Positions 39,141-51,490 of a stretch of DNA of 64,000 nucleotides are shown here, piece after piece. Source of the DNA: Octopus vulgaris. Taxonomy: Eukaryota. The stretch covers positions 107,012,001 to 107,076,000 of the forward strand of contig OX597818.1 in the NCBI GenBank assembly GCA_951406725.2, written 5' to 3'. The notes beneath the pieces are model-generated. The model was not told the origin of the DNA, searched no databases, and saw only the letters and a list, made by a program, of their open reading frames with translations. Each line of letters begins with the position of its first letter. Position 1 is the stretch's first letter. The translations under genes and the position numbers were made by a program.

Positions 39141-41746
39141 TGCATTCTACAAACTAGTCAGTTGTGACAAGCAGTGTTTAGTTGGGGGTGGGGTGTCCAA
39201 AGTGCTGTTACAGGTATCTCCTTCAATCTGGAATAACAAAGATTGGCAGGTCAGCTTATTAGACGAATGATAATGATATACTACAATTACAATAATCTAG
39301 GACACAGTTATAACAGCGTCTTCTTAAAGGAAGCTCAAAACTTCTGGAATACACCTCACATATCTGTGCTTGTGTGTGTTTGTGCATGTGTGTGTGTGTG
39401 TGAGTGTGTGTGTTTGAGTGTACCCTTATCCTGACATTGTGTGATGATTGTAAACAAGTCTGTATGTGATGTTGCTTCTTTTCAGCCTTCCATGAGAAAC
39501 ATGTCTGATCATGGGAAAGTATTACCTGACTCTTACCTGGAAAACAGGTAAGAGTTAGTGACAGGAAAGGCATCCGACCTTAAAATATCTGCCTTAATGA
39601 ATTCTATGAAAGCTTAGAAAAGTGGATGTTAAATGATGAGGATGATGTGTGAGAACACTGGAACCAGTAAAAGTATTTAGTATTTCTTCTCAAGGACAGT
39701 CTTGATACCTTCTCTGTATAATCTCACAGTAAACAACATGTTTTAATCTCATAGAGGATTAGATTTAAAATTCACCCATCAATGTTTTATCTAAACAGTG
39801 AGAAAGCAATCATTTACCACAATTTATCACATTTACTTGCTAATCGCTTTACAGCTGCTAAAATACTTTTTACTGCAAGTTTAATGAATTTGTGTGAAAA
39901 GCTCAGATCTTACCATATTCCCGTTGCATAATAAACTGCAAAGTGAATTCAGAAAGAACAAGTGACATTAAAATTGGTGATTACACCATGATTTTTGCTA
40001 AACTTCTGGTTTTGGTAAGAAGTATTTGAAGGATAATATTTTGTAATTAGTTGAACATTGCAAAAAAGAAAAAAAAAGGAATAGAAAAAACTGTATATGT
40101 GTTAGAATATTTGAGAGAAAAAAGTCAATGTTTTATCAAATTTAAACAAATAATGTTGAGAAGTTTTGTTGTTTTCCATTGCTTTTCTCTACTGTTATGT
40201 TCTATTTGTAGATCCAGGAGGAAAAAAAAAACCCCAAATGATTCTTGGTTGTGCTTTCCTCTTATGATTCTGTTTGTTATGTCACTTGTTTATTTTCTAC
40301 CTTACCAAGATGAAGTTTTCTGTTCCTATTTCTTAAACAACTTTTATTGTACAAAGTTTTTCTCAGCTTTTATCATTTCATATTTTCTTTAGTAAGTTTT
40401 CATAAAAATTTTCGGATTCACAAGAGAAGAAAATGTTAGAAAGCAACTAAACTGATTAAACAGGCTGCATGAAACTGATATTTGCTGCTAAGCAGAGACA
40501 TTTTCTAGTTGAATGAACACCAAAGAACACCAGAAAATACCATTTCTAAGGCATTTCTAAGGAAAATGCATACATGTCCTTTCTGCCTGAAGACAGAAAC
40601 CTAAGAACTTTGTGCATGTCCATTGGAAAAATGATATGTTTGTTATTAGATATACTGAACCACATTCTGATTTCTCATTCCTTTACTTTGAACAAAATCT
40701 AAAGAATTAGGATAATAAGAAAATCATGAAGAAAGAAGAAGGGAAGAAGCAAACATGGTTGGAGATTGCTTTTCAATCAATTACATTGTAGAAAATGGAT
40801 CATAGCCTTCTACAATTCTTCTTTGTAATGTAGCAAGGTCACCATAATACCCCGAGGTTGCTGTCAGTGATAGCATGTAAGACATTTTCTAACTGTAAAG
40901 CATGGCCAAACTTGTGATAATAATGGATCTATTTTGATAGACAGCATGGAAATATTTTCTTTACATTACAGATACAAAATAGATTGTTTCTAAACCTTAG
41001 TAATTTGTAGTGAAGACTTACAGATGCTGTTTGACATCCATGTCTGCTAATCTTCATTATCTCTTTTTCTCTGTCACACACATGCACACACACACACACA
41101 GTCACACACACATACACACACACTGAGTCACACAATCACACACACACACAATGGACTAACTTCATTAGATTTTCAAAGATTATACCAGTTAAATATTGTT
41201 TAGTTAACATCTGATCTGTAACTTCCCACCATCTCTTTATTGTTAGTTGTACTGTACTTTCTGATTAAACATTTTCCTTATGCTGTACTTTAAAATAAAC
41301 TATTTTCCTTCTAATATATGTATTGACATTATTTTTGCACAATTACCAATGGTCTTCCTATTATTTGATGCTTTCTTTTGTTTTAATTCCACTATTCTTT
41401 GCTTTTATTCTACTTATTCTTCCTTTTTATCTCACTTATTTTTTGTTTTTATTCTACTTATTTTTTGTTTTTATTCCACATATTTTTTTGCTTTTATCTC
41501 ACTTATTTTCCCCTCTAATTTCCCACAGCCCTTTTTCCCAATGACACTTCTTACCACTTTACTTCCTCGTTTCTAATTCAATCACTTTGTATCTTATTAG
41601 ATCAGTAACATCCATCTTGTACAAGTGGCCCTTTAATTTACTCAATAATATAAAATAGATTTCAATTAATCATATAAAGAATAGAGTTTCTTTCGATAGC
41701 ATTGTCTTTTCAGTACAGCACTGCATCCAGTTCATACAACTAAAGC

Positions 41747-41816
41747 CAGGGCCAGCCTTAAGAGGTACAGGGCCCAACTGGGAACAATTGGTCCAATCAG
41801 CTTAAGGCAGGCCCTG
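41747..41816. mobile_element. 70-bp hAT mini-transposon
   Basis: 16-bp TIRs CAGGGCCAGCCTTAAG / CTTAAGGCAGGCCCTG (1 mismatch); perfect TSD ACTAAAGC at 41739-41746 and 41817-41824. Confidence 0.88.
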
Positions 41817-42084
41817 ACTAAAGCAGTTTTAAAGCTAATGAAAAGCAAAGCATTGACTCTCTCAACTAAAAGTGATTCCAACCATGACAGTAAATAGAAG
41901 TCTTTCTCTAAAAAAAAAAAAACAATATCAAGGAATCACTTCTTAAGGAGTTGTCATATCAAAAACCCTGTAGTCAATGTTATTCTCATTCCTAGATTTT
42001 TATATCTAAAGTCTGTGAATACTTATTTTATTATAATTCTAGGAAGAGGAATTCATATTTGCTGAATATATTTTCATAAGCATC

Positions 42085-42365
42085 ATCGTGCCAGTGACAC
42101 GTAAAAAGCACCATTCAAGCGTGGCTGGTGCCAGTACCACCTGACTGGCCCTCATGTCAGTGGCACATAAAAAGCACCCACAACACTTTCAGAGTGGTTG
42201 GCATTAGGAAGGGCATCAAGTTGCAGAAATATTGCCAGATCGGATTGGAGCCTGGTGCAGCCTCCTGGCTCGCCAGCCCTCTGTCAAACTGTCCAACCCA
42301 TGGCAGCATGGAAAGCGGACGTTAAACATCAATGATGACGACGATAAAGATGATGATGATGATGA
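42085..42365 (+). mobile_element. RTE-type 3' end
   Basis: Family 3' UTR and (GAT)n tail. Confidence 0.8.
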
Positions 42366-43232
42366 CTTTGTTCCAGGTTATAGTAAAAGAGTTTCTTAAA
42401 ATAATTCCTTATGTCGCTGGTTTGCCATTTCTATTCTTCTGGTTGTCATCAGGCTCAATCCAAACATTTTTTGATATCTTTTTAACTCTCAAAACTAGTT
42501 TTCTGATATTTTGAAATCCATATAATTTAAAGGCATTTGGAATACATCTTTAGAGAAAAAATGTTAATGATCCATAACTTGTTGATTTCTAATCTCTTTC
42601 TTTTGAGCCTGTGATATCCTAATTTCAAAATGATTTGAAATCTATATACCTCACTATTTCTGCTCTCTAATTCCTGATATCTTTACCTCATACATGAGCA
42701 CATTAATAATCCATAATTCTTTGAATATTTTTGATAGTTTTGCAGCATCTGAGATTAATAATTTGATGATATATTTCAAGTTTATATTTCTTTGCGATAT
42801 TTTTGGCTTGCAATTCGTTGTAGAGGCACATCTGTTAGGATACTTTTCACACAAAGTTTGTAAAATTGATAAAAAACTTTTAAAGTTAAATTATAAAAAC
42901 ACAATATTCAGAGAGAAATTGTTTGTTTACTAAAACATGTTTTTCCCCCACATGAAAATGGTCGGATTCTTCTTGAAAGAAACAATATTTATTTCATGTG
43001 AAGTTAAAAAAAAAAGGATTGCTATTTAAGTCTAAGAATCTCATAATTTATTGATAGCAGTTTTGAATAAATATTTAAGCTGAAAATTAGATTAAATTTC
43101 AGGAATATATTAAAGTGTAGGAGCATATGTTTGTGTGTGTATTAATACACGTATATATGTATATATGTGTGTGCATGTGTACTCACATGCGCGTGCATGT
43201 GTGTGTGTGTGTGTGTGTGTGTGAAGATAGAC

Positions 43233-43299
<67 letters not shown>

Positions 43300-43671
43300 A
43301 GTCAGTGGTGCATCAGAAAGTGTAATTATGCTCACAGTAATTCTATAGAATGAACAAAAAGTCAGCCGTTTAGAAGTGCAGATATTTAACACATTAAGTT
43401 GCAGCTCTAACTTCCAAACATTTTATTTCTCCAAGCTTCATCTCCCAGTCCTTGCATAATTCTCAGATGGGGAAGAAGCGTCGAAGAGAGAGCTCCTGCT
43501 CAGAGTTTAACAGTCTGCTTCAAATGTTGGTTGACATCCTGTTTGCCTTGCATTCAGTTTGGTGGTCTACAAATGTTCTATTAATTTTGGTATCTTCCTA
43601 TATATATACATGTGTACAACATGCCTCAACACACATACACCTATGCACAAGCATGCACATGTATGCATGTA

Positions 43672-43722
<51 letters not shown>

Positions 43723-44610
43723 GATTTTCCTGGGTTAAAAAAGTAGTAACATAGTCCTATGTATACAGATATATACATATATATATATAAAGCAAAAATT
43801 CCTCAGCTGCATAAAGACATGGAATTAAATTAAAACAGATGGGCACATTAGTATGTGTCCATCTGTTTTAATTTGATTAAATTCTATGACTTTATGCAGA
43901 TGAGGATTGCTCTGCATTTAAATTGATGAAATTTAATAGGAAATACACACAATAAATACCATATCTCCATACCCACAGTTTACACAGGTAGAGTAGAATA
44001 GTTAGTGGACTGTTAGGTAGATGAATGTATGTATGTGGGTGTGAGTGTGTGTGTATGCCATTTTTTAAAATCATTCTTATTTTTTGTTTTTTTTTGTTTT
44101 TGTTATATTTTTATATTTTTAATTATTTTTAAATATTTTTTTTCTGTATGTAAGCATTTAGATATGTAAATAAACAGATCAACATACAGACAGATAGGTA
44201 CATAGGTTACAAGAACAGACACATATGGAGACACGGATCCACACATATAAAGATGCACATCCATACATACAAACATGGTACATAGTTACATAACACACAT
44301 ACACACAGATATGCACACACAAGGAGACAGAGGTGCATACATATACAAACATATGCTCACACACACATACATAGAAAATACACAAACACGGACAGGTGAG
44401 CACATAAATATACAGGATATGTACATACAGATGCATACACATACATACATATGCATACACACACATATATACATACATACACATGCAAACACACACATAC
44501 ATACACACATACATACATGCATGTATAGGCACACATACACACACTGACCCACACACATGCACACAAACAAAGAAAAGGGAACGCAGTGTAAATAATGGAC
44601 AGAATCAAGA

Positions 44611-44647
44611 CTATTGAAAAGGTTGCAAGACGCAACGAAAATTTTAG
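44611..44647 (+). ncRNA. minimal hammerhead-like motif, U3-A8 core variant
   Basis: CTA-TTGAAAA-G-GTTGC-aagac-GCAAC-GAA-AATT-T-TAG. Confidence 0.5.
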
Positions 44648-44738
44648 AAAATAAAAATAAGAAATAAGTGGAAATTTTACCGGTGAGTGTGTTAAATAAT
44701 AAGGCACTAAAAGAGAATGACTCTCCCCAGACACAACA

Positions 44739-44774
<36 letters not shown>

Positions 44775-44776
<2 letters not shown>

Positions 44777-45044
44777 GTCTGGTACCTGTGTCGGTGGCAC
44801 ATAAAAAACACCATCCGAGCGTGGCCGTCTGCCAGCCTCGTCTGGCACCTGTGTCGGTGGCACATAAAATCACCCACTACACTCTCGGAGTGGTTGGCGT
44901 TAGGAAGGGCATCCAGCTGTAGAAACACTGCCACATCTGACTGGCCTGGTGCAGCCTTCGGGCTTCCCAGACCCCAGTTGAACCGTCCAACCCATGCTAG
45001 CATGGAAAGCGGACGTTAAACGATGATGATGATGATGATGATGA
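44775..45044 (+). mobile_element. RTE-type 3' end in (TA)n
   Basis: Two GTGTCGGTGGCACATAAAA modules, (GAT)n tail, TA flanks. Confidence 0.85.
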
Positions 45045-45123
45045 TATATATATAAAAAGGAAATGAAGAAAATGCTGACAAAATAATTTAAGTAAGAGAG
45101 AGTGTATTTAATTAGGTGAAAGT

Positions 45124-45163
45124 TCTTTTTACCGGTTGCGCATTTGTTATGCTTATCAAAAGA
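45124..45163 (-). ncRNA. minimal hammerhead-like motif, U3-A8 variant with a GCAA lesion
   Basis: Minus strand TCTT-TTGATAA-GCAT-aacaa-ATGC-GCA-ACCGGT-A-AAAAGA. Confidence 0.6.
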
Positions 45164-45241
45164 TATTTTTTTAAGAGAGATAGAGTTCCTTTCTGATAGA
45201 TTTTTTTCTCTTATCTGACTTTATGTTGGGTTTATATATAT

Positions 45242-45504
45242 AAACAATTGCGGTGTGGAAGGTGTTTATAAGCCATTTAAGAACTGTTAGATTCACTTCA
45301 ACATTTAAATTTAATTTGTCAAAATAATTTCGTTGCTTTGAGACCGCGACCTGCTCATTGACAAAATTCCATGCTGCATCTCTGTGCTGCAGCACGGAAT
45401 TTTGTCAAAGCAACGAAAATATTTTGACAAATTAAATTTAAATGCTGAAGTGAATCTAACAGTTCTTAAATGGCTTATAAACACTTTTCATGTTGCAATT
45501 GTTT
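45242..45504. repeat. ~260-bp palindrome (inverted PLE-like repeats)
   Basis: Arms AAACAATTGC...GTGTTTATAAGCCATTTAAGAACTGTTAGATTCACTTCA and its reverse complement; 9-nt loop at 45379-45387. Confidence 0.9.
45315..45365 (-). ncRNA. hammerhead-like motif with C8 core variant
   Basis: Minus strand TTTGTCA-ATGAGCA-G-GTCGC-ggtctcaaa-GCAAC-GAAA-TTAT-TT-TGACAAA; 7-bp stem I. Confidence 0.5.
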
Positions 45505-45753
45505 CTCTTCCAGTACACGATATCAGATCAGGTCACTTGCTATGCAAGTACATCTCCGTAATATATATATACACACACATATAAAATGGGATTCTTTCAG
45601 TTTCTGTCTACCAAATTCTCTCACAAGGTTTTGGTTGGCCTGTGGTTATCATAGAAGACACTTGTCCAAGGTGCCTTGCAATGGGACTGAACTCACAACC
45701 GTGTGGTTTGGAAGCAAACTTCTTACCACACAGTCATAAATATACATGTATTT

Positions 45754-45796
<43 letters not shown>

Positions 45797-46991
45797 TGTG
45801 TGTACATAACACAGATACATTGATATAGATATAGAAAGATTTACATATGAAAATTTTTCCATGTTTGAAAATATTTTTGAACTATGTTGATATTCAACAC
45901 CGAGACTGTTCCATTAGAAATGCTTTGCTGTTGCATAAAACATTCAGAATTAATTCTGTCCTGACGTTCTGTATATCTGATTATTACCATTACTACAGGG
46001 AATTAGTGAAAACTCACATTCAATGGAATAATTCTGTTGAGATATCAAGGATCTCAGGTTCTTCTAATGGCCTTTATAAAACGGAATCTAAGGGGAAAAA
46101 TGTATTAAGAATAAAAGAAAACTGTTTTTTATCAATTGGTTTTAATCATCCAAAAATGGTTATGTTATTTTTAGTTTTGTTGTTGTTGATTTTGTTGTTC
46201 TGACAGGCTTTTAAAACCTTTAAAATATGTACAGTATGTCTCATTAAGTTTCTATAGAGAGACAGATGAGTTATCAACATGAGATATCTGAATAGCCTCC
46301 TCAAGCAGATGCTGGATTAACTTGCACCTGGTAAGGTCATCAATACAACTTTTGCAAGTTTTTCAAAAAATTTTTTCTGATTTAAAAACAAAATTTGCAG
46401 ATTTCAATTAAGATTTTGTAAACAAGCCAGAATATAAATAAAAAAACATACAGCATAGATTCTCCCTCTCTTTCTCCTTCCACCCTCTTGGGTATTCATC
46501 GGATTTATAAAAGATTTAAGTATCTGGTGTTGATAAATATATAACTGGATTTGTCAGTATGTATTCTTCAAATGCTATTTTTCATTCTTCACTTTATTTA
46601 TAATCTTTCAAATTTCTTCAGGGTTTCTTGTGATGCTGTATTGAGGTGGAGCTTTTCTTTACGCCTGACTCATGTCTGGTATGTGTTTGTGTTGGTGTGC
46701 TTGTTGTTGCTGTTGCTATTGTTTAGCCTCAAGACAGCTCTTGTTTCACAGACCTTCGCTTAAAAGCATTCCAGCCATGACCCTTACATCTCATTTTTTT
46801 TCAAACTCATTCTTCTCTTTTTAAAGACGAAGCTTAATGCTATAAGGGAACTGTGGCTGCTATTTCTAGCAGACTGAATGCCCAAGGAGAAGTTCTGTGG
46901 TATATATATATATATATACATATTTACCACAGAACTATATATATAAATATATATAAACACACACACATATATACACATATATACATACATG

Positions 46992-47023
<32 letters not shown>

Positions 47024-47112
47024 ACTGAAATTTACAGAAAAACAAAAGACAAAGACAGGTGTATAAACAACAAACAGGTGTATTAGCTTGACGCTTGGGA
47101 AAGTGAGAAAGT

Positions 47113-47148
47113 CTTTTACGTTTTGAGCCTATGCTCTTCAACAGAAAG
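47113..47148 (-). ncRNA. degenerate minimal hammerhead motif
   Basis: Minus strand CTTT-CTGTTGA-A-GAGC-atag-GCTC-AAA-ACGT-A-AAAG. Confidence 0.55.
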
Positions 47149-47636
47149 GAATAAGAGGAAATAAACAGGGAGAGAATAAGAAAACTTGTGGAGTTATATA
47201 TACATATATACACACCCATACCCTGACAGTTTGCTGTGCTTGAGAAGACCTGTCAAGCTAAGTAAAAGCATGGTTGTCCTTGCACACAGGATTGTCCCTT
47301 ACATCCCGCTTCAGCTGAGCAATGTTAACCTCGCGGACCCGTGGGGTGCTGGGGCCATGGAAAAAGCACCTATGCTGGGGCCACATAAAAGAACCCACGC
47401 TGGTGCCACGTGAAAAGCACCCAGTGTCACTCTGTAAAGTGGTTGGTGTTAGGAAGGGCATCCAGCTGTGTAGACCATGCCAAAGCAAACAAGGGAGCCT
47501 AAGCAGCTCTTCAGGGGTCCAGCTCCAGTCAAACCCATTTCAGCACCATAAAGCAAATGTTAAAAGATAATGATGTTGATATATATATATATAGAGAGAG
47601 AGGGGGGAGGGAGGAAAGGAGAGAGAGAGAAAAGAG

Positions 47637-47859
47637 GAAAAAACACAGAACATTTGTTTTATAGGATTTAAGAGTATATTAGAGCCACAATAATAAAGAT
47701 ATTATATAATTTTGTACAAAATAAGGTCTTGTTCTTCCGACATGGTTCAATTATCTTGGAAGAACAAAACCGTATTTTGTACAAAATTATATAATCTCTT
47801 TATTATCATGGCTCTAATATACTCCTAAATTCTGTAAAACAAATGTTCTGTGTTTTTTC
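47637..47859. repeat. ~220-bp imperfect palindrome
   Basis: GAAAAAACACAGAACATTTGTTTTA... pairs with ...TAAAACAAATGTTCTGTGTTTTTTC; ~100-bp arms. Confidence 0.9.
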
Positions 47860-47917
47860 ATCTTTTATATATCTCTATTTATATCTACCACGTGTGTTTT
47901 CCCACTAAAGTATTTTC

Positions 47918-47947
<30 letters not shown>

Positions 47948-47955
<8 letters not shown>

Positions 47956-48257
47956 ATCATGTGATCGACCAGGCTATTCAGATGTTGCTACACATCGCTG
48001 GTCACAATGCACTTCGCATTGTTTTAGCCTTTAAATGACGCCACCCTGCTGGCTAAGTGAGCAGGTCAACAGAATAAAGATTGAGAGAAAGTTGTGGCAA
48101 AAGAGTACAGCAGGGTTTGTCACCACCCCCTGCTGGAGCTTCATGGAGCTTTAGGTGTTTTTACTCAATAAACACTCACAACACCTGGTCTGGGAATCGA
48201 AACCGTGATCCTATGACCGTGAGCCTGCTGCCCTAACCACTGGGCCATTGTGCCTCA
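47948..48257 (-). mobile_element. family C SINE, variant body
   Basis: Reverse of GAGGCACAATGGCCCAGTGGTTAGGG...GTTTCGATTCCC. Confidence 0.8.
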
Positions 48258-48586
48258 ACACACACACACACACACGCACACACTAATGCGCGCACACACA
48301 CACACACACATATAATTCACAGAAGAGATCCAGAGATTCTCTGTATAGAAGACATTTAGTAGTGCTCAAAAGATTCAAAATTAGACTGCAATATCTTTAC
48401 AGGGGATCATTTCACAAGCTAAAGTAAGGTTATGAGAGGGATCAAGTTGACTAGGTATAGAGTCAATTATGTGGATAAACAAATTAGATACATCAAATAT
48501 ACAAGATTTATTAAATTTATTAGTTTCTGCATGCATTACAAAATATCTACACATGTAAAACAAGAGAAAGCAAAACGCGGAGGTTT

Positions 48587-48734
48587 TCAGGTGATCAGTT
48601 TTTTAGTCTAAATCTATAGATATTTATATTAATAAGTCCAACTTACACAGAGTTCTCTGTCGTTTGTACTCTCTGTTAGTTGGACCTGTTAATATAAATA
48701 TCTATATTTTTAGACTAAAAAATTCATCACCTGA
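48587..48734. repeat. ~150-bp imperfect palindrome
   Basis: CAGGTGAT..TTTTTTAGTCTAAA..TAGATATTTATATTAA..GTCCAACT mirrored as AGTTGGAC..TTAATATAAATATCTA..TTTAGACTAAAAAA..ATCACCTG. Confidence 0.9.
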
Positions 48735-48956
48735 TAATTTTCACTCTTTGATTATTTTTGATTTTGCAACTATATATATATAGTATGTATTTATGTATGT
48801 ATACACATGCACACACATATTTTGTATTTCATACACAAACTAATATATTTAACATCTTTCATATATTTGATGTATCTAACTTGTTTATCTGCATAATTGC
48901 TTATATGGCAGACATTAAGTGATGATAATGATGATGATAATGATGATGACAACAAC

Positions 48957-49278
<322 letters not shown>

Positions 49279-49524
49279 AATTTAAGCAAATGTGAACTGA
49301 AGATAACATGCACAAATGCTGGTCTATCAAATGCTATACAACATAAATACTTGATTTATTGAAGTTATCTTTGTATCTAGAGGTTGTGTCATTATTACCA
49401 AATGAGACTAGCTGCATATCAGAAGGTGATACAATCTTCACAATGGAAATTACTCCAAAGCTATGATGTCATTAAGGAAATGGACAAAGAGGAATCCATA
49501 GATAAATCCAGTGAAAGTTCAAAT

Positions 49525-49610
49525 TCTTACGGCTGTTTCAAGAACATGTGGTATGAAATGGGCGAACCATTTCCATCCATCTTAGTTATCCACATTTCAT
49601 TCTTCAGAGA
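49525..49610 (-). ncRNA. type I hammerhead ribozyme motif with extended stem II
   Basis: Minus strand TCT-CTGAAGA-[ATGAA ATGTGG...GAAATGG ttcgc CCATTTC...CCACAT G TTCTT]-GAAAC-AGCC-GTA-AGA. Confidence 0.75.
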
Positions 49611-50036
49611 TGACTTAAGAGAATTTGAAAGATAAAAAAAAAAAAATCTTTATTTTATTTTTAAAATTTGAAATTTGAAGTGAAAGTAGGTGCTTTTCAA
49701 GTGAATAAAATGAAATAAATGCTGAATTTTAGTGTTTAAATAGACTGCAAAACGCTTAGCAGACATAAAATTTCATATGATGTCATGCAAGTATATTTAT
49801 GTTTTCAATTGTATCAACATATTTCTATATTCTGTATATTTCATGATGCATCCTGATGTTGAGAAATACACTGACAAAAGGAATTCTGGCTCCTATGATT
49901 TGCTATCTTTTTATTAATCTCTATATTTCATGTTGCTCTCTTAATTAGAGTGCTAATTTGTTGTTCTGTACAAGGAGTTAATCTCCTTTCTATCTGATCA
50001 TATATATATATGTGTGTGTATGTATATATATGTATG

Positions 50037-50079
<43 letters not shown>

Positions 50080-50145
50080 GCATATATATATGTGTATATA
50101 TATATGTATATGTGTATGTATATATGTATATATGCATATGTATAC

Positions 50146-50215
<70 letters not shown>

Positions 50216-50501
50216 ACATATGCATATATACATATATAGAGGCTAATGGGCAACAGCTCAAAAATAAAAACGAAATAACAAAACTAGAAATAAACAGCAG
50301 TAACTCCCATGCTGGCCTTCAATATATTTAAGTCCTTCAGCTTTTATATATGGTGTGTGTGTGTGCTCTTGCTCTCTCTCCTCTCTAAACTACCTCTACT
50401 GCCACCCATCACCTATTCTCCCCTTTATTTCATCTCCTACTTTTACCTTTGTCCACCTCTGCTATTGTTCATTTCATCACCCTCCTGACCTTACCATTGA
50501 C

Positions 50502-50536
<35 letters not shown>

Positions 50537-50608
50537 CATATGCATATATACATATATACATACACATATACATATATATATACACATTGATATTTTTAGA
50601 TCGGAAAT

Positions 50609-50652
50609 CCACCTGACGAATGTCATTTGAAGACATGAAACAATTGTAGTGG
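50609..50652 (+). ncRNA. minimal type I hammerhead ribozyme, canonical core
   Basis: CCAC-CTGACGA-ATGTC-atttgaa-GACAT-GAAAC-AATT-GTA-GTGG; all stems pair; predicted cleavage after A50648. Confidence 0.88.
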
Positions 50653-50905
50653 CGATTTATTTACTTTATATTAAAATTTTTTATGTATTGATTAAGTCTT
50701 TTCTTGTTTGATTTGCAAAATAGTGGTTTTGTCTCGAATTAATATTATATAATATTTTACTATAAAATTGGATTTATTCCTAAATCTGATTTTTTTCCCT
50801 ATAATTTTGGATTTATTCCCTAATATTTATTATTATATATATATATATATATATATGTATATGTGTGTATGTATGTGTGTGTATGTATATATATGTATGT
50901 ATATG

Positions 50906-50954
<49 letters not shown>

Positions 50955-50989
50955 ATATATGTATATGTATATATGTATATATATATATG

Positions 50990-51022
<33 letters not shown>

Positions 51023-51045
51023 GTGTGTATATATGTATGTATGTA

Positions 51046-51078
<33 letters not shown>

Positions 51079-51289
51079 GCTTGTATGTAGATGTATATAG
51101 ATACGTCTGTATAAGTAAGTATGAATGCATGATGGTTTGTTTGTGCCTTTGTTTAGATCTCATGCACTTCCAAGGAAGTTGGCCCTGTAAGCTGTATTGT
51201 TGTGATCAGTTCTCCTCTCAACAAATCATCTGCTCGCTTCACACCTTCAAAGCTGTGTGGAATAAAAGATCCATTACTGGAAGAATAAG

Positions 51290-51490
51290 TAAGGATATTA
51301 TTGTAATGAGTTGTTGCGTAAAAAAGAGCAGGCAGCATTGATGTGTTTATATGATACACGGAAAGGATGACTGCTGTATAAAGAAGTGCCAAGAACTCTG
51401 AGTCTGTGAAATATGTGAAAGGGAGAGACAAAGGAAGACTTGGAATAAAGTGGTGAAAGTTAACCTGAAGATGCTGCACCTCATAGAGGA
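51290..51490 (+). mobile_element. decayed RTE ORF C-terminal fragment
   Basis: ERQRKTWNKVVKVNLKMLHL, cf. GRPRKTW...V..DL. Confidence 0.6.

Noticed and set aside
40587-40605. CTGAAGACAGAAAC
   Set aside because: No room for stem II.
49384-49635. 83-aa plus-strand ORF and a minus-strand exon-like segment
   Set aside because: No recognisable protein; better explained by the hammerhead-bearing repeat on the minus strand.
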